A stretch of DNA of 64,000 nt, from NCBI RefSeq assembly GCF_001949145.1, contig NW_019091361.1, positions 186,001 through 250,000 of the forward strand. The letters are read 5' to 3'. The notes beneath the pieces were generated by a model that made no database searches, was not told the origin of the DNA, and was given only the letters and a program-made list of their open reading frames with translations. The position numbers and the translations under genes were made by a program. Shown here one piece after another: positions 39,901 to 51,900 of this stretch (the first letter of the stretch is position 1; the number at the start of each line of letters is the position of its first letter). Source of the stretch: Acanthaster planci (Eukaryota).

Positions 39901-42900
39901 GAAAAAAGTGCATGAATAATGAGCACTTAGCTTATCTCCTCTGCTATTTTGAATAATCAATATGCTCAGCCTAGAATGACATACCATACGCTTGTTTTGT
40001 ATGTAATTTTATTTCTGTAATAAAATGACCAGATATTTTTAACACTTTTTGACTATGGCACCCATGGTCATAGAATAATTAATAACATTTGTGCAAACAT
40101 GCTCTGAGGCAGTATGACCCCTGTTGTCTCAGTCTACACATACAGTGCTTAGCAGGCTTCAGTGTACCATATGTTACCGTTGTGTGAACTGCAATATCAA
40201 ACATTACCTGAATCCTGAATGATTTACATGTATGATAAATGCGCAAGACTAGGGCAATCAGTAAATTGTGGAGCGTGGTACATGTACAGGTGCATATATA
40301 CATGTACATGTACAGTGCATGTTGGTTTCTTTACATGTACATGTACATGTACCCGTGTCCATGACAGGCCCTGACTTATGACATATTGTTCCTGTTTGAT
40401 GATCCACTCCCCTCCTCTCCCCTTCCCCTTCAAGCTGTCCTTACAGAATAATTGTTTAGGAGAATACGTGTACCTGATGATACTTGAACCGGTACTCCCA
40501 CAGGGCAGAAATGGGAATTGTGATAATTACAGTCTTGTACATGTATGCATGTAATACAGTTCTACAATGTACCAGTACATGTATTTCCCAAGTACTGTTC
40601 AATTGTACATGTACATGAAAATGTTTTCATGAGGAGCATACCATTATTTTAACTGACATGACTGAACTGCCTTGTTGCCAGCTTTGTAAACCAAAAGCTG
40701 TGGTTACTGTTGTTTGTATAAAGTCTAGCATGTTCAATAGGTTTTCAAGTAGTGTAGTTTGTAGACCTACTGGTACATGTGTACACGTACTGTACTTCCG
40801 TGTGGATCAGTTGTATCTAAACTTTAAACTCCCATTAGAGGTTTCAGTGTATCACATTATCCATGTCTGCTGTTTTAACAAACCCCTAAGAACTTAATTT
40901 TAAAACAAGTTTTCTTAGTATGGTAGATCATACGTACGTGTACCTACATACATGTATACATATGTACATGTTCATTTCAAACGTTTTTACAATTCAACAG
41001 ATTCATGAATATGCAAAGTACATGTATGGTAAAGAGTGCCTTGACATACTGGTAAGTGTGTAGGCCTACTGTACTCATCATGTACATGATCCACTGAGTT
41101 GGTTTAAACACAAACATTTGTGCATCCTGCATGCTTGGTTGAGACTGCTTCTCAATGGCTAAAAATAATACTACAAGTACCAATAGCTACCATATACAGC
41201 CTGTCAAGGTATGGAAACTGAGTGAGCACAGTAGATGCACAGTAGATGTACAGTGTACATGTATGCATGTATGTACATAGTACATGAGTGACCTTTGAGA
41301 CAAAGGTCACTCTTCCTGTTCAACCAGAATAGTTCCAGTAAAATGGGTCGACCAGCAGACTTTTTAACAGAGTTTTTACACTGTCTTTTGTGTGCATAGG
41401 ATTGTGTTGGTATTTCCCATCCACTACATTTTTTGTATGTCTTTGTAGTTGGGAGTAACAGAATTCAAAACCTTAACATTATGGTACATGTACATGTATT
41501 CATGGTACACGTACTGTACTTTCCAGTATTCCTGCTCTGAGCCAACCATGTAGAGTGTGTGTAAAATTACGTGGACTGTACATGTACATGTATATTAACA
41601 TCAATAGATTTAGCCCATTGAGGGTTAGAGTACCAGATTAAGCCGTGTCCCCATTGGACTTTTTTGCGTCCCTGTTAACTTACCGTGCCTGCATGGAAAT
41701 CTTCCGTGACATCCTTCGGCCTGTTAGTTAGTTAGGTACATGTACATGTAACTTAACAGGAATGTCAATCTACCGTGTGTTCCCATTGGATTTAATTTTG
41801 TAATTCTACCGCACAGCCACGGTAATTTAACCAAAAAAAGTCCAATGGGAACATGGCTTTAATGTGACCTTTCTGTTGAATTACAAAATTAAATCCAATG
41901 GGAACACATGGTAAGCTAAAATTAACAGGTCGAAAAGGTTCGTGGAAGATTTCCTCATAGCCTCGGTAAGTTACCAGGGGCGCAAAAAAGTCCAATGTAA
42001 ATAATTCCATTGACCACGACCACACTAAACATACAAACTAGACCATTGCCTACACAGAGATAATTTAGATACATGTAGCAGGCATGCGAAAATGGTTGTA
42101 TGGTTCCCAGTCTCCAGCTCCGCTCGTACATGTACAGTACAGCAGCATGTTGCACAACAGTGAAGCGTGCCTTGATAAAGCTATACATGTACATGTGGAT
42201 ACACACATTGTGTACGGGGCTTTTTCTGTACGGCCGAATTCGTCTGATTTTGTCTTTGTTTTTGTCAGATTTTGCCGATTTTGTTATGATTTGTACAGGG
42301 CAGGCAATTTACCGGTATTATCAGCTGGTTCTATTAGGCCAACACAGCGAATAAACATTCCGTTACAATTAAGAAAAGTCCACGTGAGAATGAGTGGTAG
42401 AATGACACAAAAGAAGGTTGTGGTAAGTTTCCGTGAGCCCACGGAAGAAAAAGTCCAATGGGAACACGGCTTTACTTGCAAATAAAGGCCACACTGTGTA
42501 ATGTTGATGTACATGTACATGTACATGGCCTCTGCCATGGATATGATAAGTGCACGTTCTTGGAGTTTGCCACATGAACATTCACATGTTCTGAAAATTA
42601 GAAAACTGCTGATGAAAATAAATAAAAAACAACAAAAAAAGAATTTGAGAAGGCTCTGCGGTTCCACTTCCAGAAAAGCAAACCAAATCAGTGTTTCCTG
42701 TTTTTGCATGTACATGTACGTGTTTTTGCAAGTACATGTACACTGTTTATTTAATGTCACTGGACCGGCAGGTACACAGACTTTTTATGCATTGATGTGC
42801 ATACCGGTACGTCCATGCATCTATCATGTCTAGAGCCTAGGGTTTGGCTGTAATACAGGAAGAGGTTAATAAAACAGAAAAGGTACATGTATTATCCTTT

Positions 42901-45900
42901 GTGTGCAATGAGTTAACCTTTTTCATTTGGTTCCTTATGAATTGCTTTTGCTTTTTTGTTCGTATGTTTGGCATTCTGTTTTGTTGCATTTTGGGTTAAT
43001 TTTATTTTCTTTTTACATGTACATGTATTTTGCCGAATGTTTATAGCATTATACTGTAATGTATGTACCGGTACATGTATGTAGCAATTAAAAGTTAAGA
43101 CAGGGTAACTTTTATGATATTTGCTTCTACTTTTCCATATTGTAGTTTTAGTGTTGCCAGTGTACATGTACGGTGTACATGTTGAGAAAAGTTTAAAGGA
43201 AATATTTTTGTTTGTATTTGATCTTTCGCCATTAAATAATGTATTACACTACATACAGTAGTGATGTGGTCATGCAGCATGTACGGTATGGTACGGTACA
43301 TAAATACATGTACATGTATGTTTCATGTGGCATATACATGTACGTACATGTAGTACATGTATATGCATATATTGAAACTTTAACTTCAATAAGAAAGGGG
43401 TCAGATGTGGTTAGATTCACAGATTTCTTTAGAAATTAAGCCTACATGTAGTACCTTCATCAAGCTCTAATGAAAACCAGGTTGAAGAGTTCAAGGTTTT
43501 GGACATAATCAAAGAATGAATAGAACATTGTACTGATAGTAGATTGTTCAATCAGTCTTGCTACATGTCATAAAATCAACTTGCTTGTACATGTACATGT
43601 GCAGTATGTACTATAATATATAATGGAAGGGGATTGAGAACAATTTCTTGTCTTGAAGGAAAAAAGCAGACCCAACAAATGCTTTTTTGCTTTTATAGAT
43701 GTTTTGCTTCTGTTCAAAAGATGTTTTCTATATACATGTACATGTACTCAAGTAATTATGACCAAAATTCTGTGTTTTCCCCAAATATTTAACCAGCTGT
43801 TGACACTGGAGCCTTGAAGGCCAAGAATCTTAGCGCCATGCTAAAGACAGCAACTCTGTCTAACAAGGAAGTGCAGCAACTTGTTGAGGTGCTTCTCAAC
43901 AAAAATGGTGGGTCAGCTGCTGCATCGGAAAACTGGGTCAAGGTGGGTCCTGGAAGATTCTAAGCTAGTCCTGTCTTAGCAAGCGGCGCGACGTTTTCAA
44001 TAATTTACAATTATCAAAGAACACAAGAACAAAAGGTTAAGTTGTATGCATTTTAGGTATTCCAGCATGAATGGAGATTTTAAATAGTTCGTTGTATACA
44101 GTGGTTGAGAAAGTCAGAAGAAAAGTCTGCCTTTATTTTCCTGTACCATAATACCATAGGAACTGATAATGGGATGTCTAAATTGACCTACGGTAAGTGG
44201 TAAGGACGAATACATCTGTGTTTTAGAACATGGTATACACCAAAGGTACATGTAAGTTTCATGTACATGAAAATGTGTCCAGTATGGTATTATCAAAGAG
44301 ATTGTAGACCTCTCTGTTTTAACCAGAGTAAGACAGGATTATACTTTCCTTCTGATGCAAATGTGATCTAAAATGTGCTATTTAATCATTAATTGGCAGG
44401 CCAACCAGCGTGATCCAGTTCAAGCCATGAAAAAACAACTCCAGGAGAAGGAACAGGCCTTACACAATGGTGAGATTTTGTCTCTCCTTAACACTAACCC
44501 TCCTAGGCTCTTGCACTAGCGAGTACTTGTCTTTGTACTTGTCTATGCAGGTTACTGTACCAAACCTAATAAACTCCAACAATGTGACTTTGTTGGAGTT
44601 TGATATGGTATGGATGGGTCTGTGCAGTATAGGATGACTTGCACTGCAGCAGTACCAAACCTGACAAAATCAAGCATAGTCCAACAATTGGTACAGCAAG
44701 CCAGACACTGCACACCGTGACCCCTGTGTGTCCCAACTCACACAGAATCCAACACCATCGCCCTGGGCCTTTGATACCAAGTCCAACAAAATTCAACAAG
44801 AAGTTAATGGGGTGGAGTACCAAACCTGCCAAAACCTAGCAAAACCTGCTGTTGGAGTTTGATGGATATTGGGCCGTTAGGGTTAACCAGCTGGTTTTTG
44901 TAACAATCAATTTGCATGTATTTGTTGCAGTCTCCTAAACCTACATTTAGTTATATCTTGTACATGTATTTTCAAATAATATAAATGAGTTAAATAAAGT
45001 AGTTGAGACAGTTACTCACTAGTGCCTCTAAGTATTTTCATCATTTTGATAAGTGCATTATCTGTGCAGTGAATAAACAGCAAGCATTTCAGTTCTGTTT
45101 TTTAGCCATTGACGCTTAGAAATTCACTCCTTTCTATTCATTGGTGATTCTCCAGAAATGTTGCTTGCCCAGTCCTCCTCTCAGAAAGTGAAGGAACTAC
45201 GTGCTGAACTGACCCAAGAAAAATCTCAAAGGATCCAAGTCGATTCCCGCTTCAAAGAGGCTGTGCGTAATCATAGCCGAGAATGTGACGCACTTCGTGC
45301 TAGACTCCAACAGGTTAGAGATTTGCTGTATTTGTCTCTCTTCATTGACATGGACAAGTTGGAGAATAATTGGATTATTTAACAAATTTGATGAACCCCA
45401 CGTGTGCATGTATTTGCCTTAATCCTCCAAAAGTCCAATACCACATTTTTTTATTGTGTTGATGGATTCAGACCATGCAGTGGACATGTGGTTTAATGTC
45501 GCTTATTTTTTAATAACTAAGAATGTACAATTGATTGGTTTAAATAAAGTCAGAAGTTACAATTGCAAAACAAATTTACCTACTTCAAATTCCTCAGTAT
45601 AGAGATTTCACTATAACTAAGCCATTCAGTCTAACATTACTGGTCATACAAGACTTACTTTATATTAGAAGAGACATTCATTATGCTGGTAAAAATAGTA
45701 ATAGAGATTTGAATAAATTTTTCAGAACCATGATGTTCACACCCGTGAGACTCAGAATCTGCAAACTCGCATCAAGCAACTAGAGGCCAGAAATGATAAC
45801 ACCGGGGTAGAAGCTCTTAAACAACTCCGAGATGAGAATGCACAGTTGAAAGGAGAAGCAGGACGGAATGCACAGCAGTAAGTAGTAGACCCATTACACT

Positions 45901-48900
45901 GCAGTACTTACCTGAGGGAAAATAAGTTTGTTAAAAGTCATTCATGTGTACCAAACAAGCAACAATGTTCAACAGATCTAATATTTTGCAGGAAAAAAAA
46001 AAGTAATTTAGGCAATACAAGAATTTTGTCACTAAAAATACAGTGATCAGTGAATTGCAAAGCTGAGTGACTTACAAAAGAATTTGACACCAAAAATGAA
46101 GTGGTACATTCTTACATGTTGTGACATCTTCACACTGATATCCAAATGACATGTCTTGTAGCGTTACATTTCTACAGTAAGATGTACTTTCTGTGGTGGC
46201 ATTGTCAGATGTGGAACTGTTAATACAGTTTAGACAGCTCTAATAGTCCCAAATCCCCTGATTTCAATGTGATTTTACATGCGCCCTAGTGGGTTAGGGT
46301 TAACGGCCACTGCATGACCTTATGCTGTTAGATAAGAGTAATATTTGACTTTTATTTGTAAATTAGAGGCATTGATGTTCAACAATCAGCCTTTAAATAA
46401 GAGTTCTGACCGATAAGAAACGCAATATACATACATATTCAGGGGTGGTCTTTAACAAACCATACATTGAAGATATATCTCGATGCGTCTCTCTTGTCCC
46501 CTCAGTTTTCAGAATGAAATCCAGAAGTTGAAAAACCAGATTACGGCCAACGAGGGTCGTGCAAGGCAAGGTGAAGATCAACGACGTAACCTGGAATCCA
46601 AACTGGCTCAATATGAGCAGCAGATTAAGGTGTATGAAGCTGAGCAAGCTGGACAGGTATGGTAGTATGGTAGGCACTTTATGACCCAGACTGAACACAA
46701 AGCACTGTTTCAGAATGTGAGATTTGTTCTTCAATTTAAGGGGTGTGAAGTCTTGTCTAAAGTAAGAGTAGCTGCCAGGCTAACCTTCCTCAATCCCAGA
46801 AAATCTTGCAGTACCTTGTAGAATTTTGAGAAACATTTGTGGTAATGCACATTTGCCTTTGGTTTTTCACCCAAATTTTTTCCAGCGTGAGAATGAAACA
46901 GCCCTCTCCAAGCGTCTGAGTGAAGTCTCTGAGGAGCTTCGTAAGGCAGAGTCTCGCCTCCAGAACTCGGCCCGTGAGGGAGACAAGACGATGGAGCGAC
47001 TCCAATCATTGATGAAGGAGAATGAGACAGTCAAGAAACAGCTACAGGAGGTGTATCGTCTAGATAGTGAAAAGAGTACACAGATGTCTGCTATGGAAGG
47101 CAGGCTCAGGGTAAGTAACCCCCCCCGCCGGTCCCTACTCTGGGAAATGTTATTTCATGTAATCATACTGACACTTTGTTATTCAGCAACTTTATCCTGA
47201 AGGGATGACGCACCAACTTGAAGTGGGTATTTTATATTCTTAGTTGGGTATCACCAGTAGGTTCTTGGTATGGCCACCATGCACATGCAACCATGGCATT
47301 CAGCTTGGCTTACCTCGGCTGTCCTCTAAGTCTGCTGGAAGAGTACCAGAGTTTAACTGGTTTGTGCTCCTGGTTTGGGGGTTTACTACCTGTAGAACAA
47401 TAAAGATCCAGCTATTTAAAGCAAGCTATATCCCATCAGAAATCCTGCTAAAGAAGATGATGCGAATGAAATCTTTTCTTCAATCTCCCTTTCAGGATTC
47501 TGAGAAGCAGAGGATAAACCTTGAGGGCATTGTCAATGACTCCAAGGCAAAGTTGTCTGACTCAGAGAGAGTATGCATGCAGAAGGATAAAGAAATCTTG
47601 GTGAGCTATGACATTGTTGGCACTGAGATCAACTCAGGTGCTTCGTTTCTCCCAGGATGACTTTCCTAGATTTTGCCCAAGCCAGAGTGTTATCACTATT
47701 GAACAATGACATACCTTGAGTTCAAAAGGATAAGATTGCATGTACCTTGAGACTACTGATTTCTGTACATACTGGTACCTACATAATTGTTCAAGGTAGT
47801 AAAATTGTGCCAGTTTGCTTTTATTTGCAAGCATTGATGTCTGAGAGACATAGAAATACTCAGCAAATGTGTTTCTGTCAGTTTGCTTGTTTGCTAAATC
47901 ACTATCAGTTATGTGCTGCTATTTACTTTTTTGGGAGTTATGTATAAAAGGATCCTTTACAGTTTTTTAACAAGTCACTCGCCAAAAAGTTCTCTTACTT
48001 ATTTTTTAGTCGTATGGAACAAAGATGAACTTGTCTTCGTGGTGGCTCGCCATAAAACGTAGACACACATGTACATGCTGAGGGTGCCTAAATCATCATT
48101 NNNNNNNNNNNNNNNNNNNNNNNNNNNNNNNNNNNNNNNNNNNNNNNNNNNNNNNNNNNNNNNNNNNNNNNNNNNNNNNNNNNNNNNNNNNNNNNNNNNN
48201 NNNNNNNNNNNNNNNNNNNNNNNNNNNNNNNNNNNNNNNNNNNNNNNNNNNNNNATAGCTTTTCTATCATGTCATTGCCACATATGATGCATCCATCATG
48301 TCATTGTCACATATAAAGCATCCATCATGTCATTGTCACATATAAAGCATCCATCATGTCATTGTCACATATAAAGCATCCATCATGTCATTGTCACATA
48401 TAAAGCATCCATCATGTCATTGTCACATATAAAGCATTGTATTTCTTTTGTCTCCTTGAGTAGAGTCTGAGAGATACCAACACCTCACTGGAGTCCCAGT
48501 TACAAGCCAAGATACAGGAACTTACCCAGGCAGTTGAAGCAATGAAACCCAATGGAGATATGGGCAAAGAGGAACCCAAGGAAGATGTTATCCTGAAGAA
48601 AGAACATGAGAACATGTAGGTCCAAGACAAGAAATAACCCTCATTTTTATAGCCCGGCCATCTTTTGGTTACTTGAAGACAAGCAAAAGACATTTTGGCC
48701 GGCAAGAACTGATAAAGTCACACTGCTTACCCTTTATACCTTCTGGTCCAATCCCCAGGTGTGGTTTCTTGTTACATGTACAACCTTCCTCACGGGTTGT
48801 ATTTTCATTTTCCCAGTTGTTGGGTTTGAGGCAATTATTCTTTTGTGGAAAAAGAAGAAGGAAATTAGATTATTTAGCATTCAACCTGCTTTAATATTGA

Positions 48901-51900
48901 CCCTTTCACCTGTATGCCTTAGAATCACGGAGAGGTTTTAGAGGGATTTATTACTCCAATAGAAGCCCAGGGCTCAGGGGTAGAAGGAATTGCACAGGGA
49001 CGAATTTCAGGATTTGTGATTACACGTACCTCTGCCTTTATTTCTGTAATCTTTTTTATGATTTAAAAATGGCACAGTCGTAATCCAGATAATAGCTCAA
49101 TCTTGCTCAATGCCAAAGAGTTATTTCAGATTTGTGAAAAGCAACCTAATGATAACACAGCTCCTATATAAATTGTCCTGTTGATCCTGTTTCCTTCACA
49201 GCATCAATGAGAAGGAAAAAGCATTGGCCACATTGCAAGGTGAAATCTCGTCCAGGGAGAATGAAATGGAGACACTTAAACAACAGTTAGAGCAGCAGAA
49301 ACAACGGAACAATGTAAGTCATTAAAATAGGATTCAAGTTACATTTGCATATGACCCAATGATTAGAAGGGAAACAATGTCATGTAGATCAGTGAAAGCA
49401 GATTCAAGTCATATCTGACGGGGAGGGGAATTTGTTCAGATTTTTCTGAATTCAGGCTATTTTAATTTTCTAACAATCTGTTTCAATATCTTTGAAATCC
49501 TAAGTTTACCACTATGATGTGTTTGTATATAAAAGTGGATACAGTCTACTGAACACAAGAAATGAGTGGTTTTGCCAGAGAAACACCAATGTATACCATA
49601 GACCCTATGCTGCTGTGGGACACTTAAAACCTCTGGTTATTATTTCATGAATGTTTCATTTTCCTCCAATCTTGCCCCTGATCTGAACATGTAGCCTTTT
49701 ACAGATTGGGTGGGAGAGGGGTTAGTGTCTGTCTTACACAAATTTTGGCCTAAAAAGTCAGCTTTAGCTTTCTTGCAAAGGTTGCTTTTTCTCCATGTTT
49801 GCTTTGTATCAAATGCTGCTTTGGGGCACACATTTTGGGTTGCATGATCCCGGTCATTCCTTGCTGATCATTCGAGCCGAATGGAGACCTCTGTAACAAT
49901 GCTGCGGAGGTGATGAATTTGTGAAGCATACCCCAGTGTAAGTCAGAATGTTCTAGGATATCCAGAATCTGAACATCGCTGGTAGGAGGCATCTGTAAAG
50001 TACTGCTTAAAGGAAGACATGCCATCAGTAGTGTAACCTTGAAATAATTTAGTGTGAAGGTTGTTCATCAGTGCACGCACTTTGCTCTCTGTTTACTCAT
50101 GCACAAAACAAGGTGTTGCTCTTTGTCATTTTTTCCTGGTTCTTGAGGCTTTATCACTTCAATATTGGTAGCGCATTCATGATGTTATTCATTGCTTGAC
50201 GGATGATGTGCAGCAAACCTATTGATACACTTGTAAAATACCATGTACCATAAAACTTTACGTGCATATCAGCTTGAGTTCTTGCTTGAACTCCTGTGTT
50301 CACTGTGGGAATATTTCATTTTCCTGTTTGAGGTATGGCGGATGCGGAGACAACAGGAGGGCGCTATTTGTTTACTCCAATTTTTACCCACTTTAAATAG
50401 TGCCCTCCTGTTATGTCCGCTATGCTTCAAAAAGGCTAATAGGGTAAGCAAAAAACAGGTTGATGGGAAAATTGGGGGGGGGAAGCCAAGTAGTCTTTTT
50501 GCTTAGCCCAAGTATTTTTGTGCGATTTCTGCAAGGACCGATCTTCCCGGAGAGTTCTGTGGTCAACATGTCTATGATAGTTCTCATGATGTGCAGTACT
50601 GGTACTGATCAGGCAGTTGAGTGACTGTCCAAGAGGCATTGAGCCCAACTTTTAGAGCTAATTTTACCCTCTCCTTTTTCTTTCCAGCTAGTTTTTCAGA
50701 ATTGTGGAGACTTTTTACAGTTCTTTTTCATTTCATTTGAAGTCAGTGGGTCAGAATTCATAACTACAGAATCTTGAAGCCGTCTTTCTAAATAATAGCA
50801 TATTAGGAAAAATACTCAAACATCTTCAATAGTAAATACTTGTATCTTTCTTCCAAAAACCAAAGTGATTATAATTTTCAAAACTGCTGGCAACAAAAGA
50901 GAAAAGAAATTTTTACCATCCAATTTAAATAAAAGCTTTAGTCTACTAGTGACTCCTAAAAGGTACCGTATGTGTGCACAGTTCAGCAAAGAATTCTAAA
51001 ATGTATGTTACATATTTTCAACAAACTGTAAATATTGGTTGACAGTACCACTTGACCTATAAATGAGAACTGTTGTCCTCTAGCTGCTGAGATCAGAATT
51101 CTTTGCTTTGTTGTTGGATGCTTGTGGATTCAAAAGCAAACCAGTTTACCTCAGGGTTAATGACACTATATATTTGAAATTGTTCTGTGTTATCCTAGTT
51201 TTTTTCTATGTTTTGGTGTTTCGCGTTTGCTTTCTCGCTGCTTTTTTCATCCTTTGAGTAACTGCTGCTTTTAACATGAATTAAAAGTTTTGCTTTGTCA
51301 CTTGGAATCAATAGCATTAAGCCTAACACTAACAGAACCATGAAAGATACCAAGCACAATGTTTGAGGTGCTGTATCAAGCAAATAACATGAAGGGTTAA
51401 TGTATAATGTACATGTAATTACATTTGTGAAACAAAGATGCATGTAGCTTGTGCCTCTCTAAAATAAATAACATAACTACTAGTACTTGATAGCCAGTTA
51501 AAGTCAGATTTTCTTACCCGAAATATCTGCTGGGAGCGGGTTTTTTATCCATAAATTCTTCAACCTTGCAATTGCGCTTTGACCCAACCAAGTACGACAT
51601 GTTAATACGTGAACCGCAAAGTGAAAAAGAGTTCTTAAACAAGAGTACATGTCCTTCGTGGAACAAATAAGGAAAATTATGTGTGTTTACATGTCATCCA
51701 GCTTTAAGTGGTTAATCTTATGAGCCTATTCTTTTCTGCACAGTCAGTACATTTTTTACCTCTGCCGTACATGTACAATATACATGTACAATGTACCTGT
51801 GTTCAAAAAGTCTTGAAAACAGTGTGTCTGGTTTTCATGAAAATAACGGTGAGGCATCAACAAAAAAGCATTTCTGCAATAAAAAAAAAACGCTTGCTAT

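Noticed and set aside
48267..48437. CRISPR-like regular repeats
   Set aside because: The 29-bp units are head-to-tail with no spacers, in eukaryotic context, so this is a minisatellite.
48458..48466. GAGTAG tandem acceptor that would add an in-frame stop
   Set aside because: GAG acceptors are rarely used, and nothing else supports regulation here.
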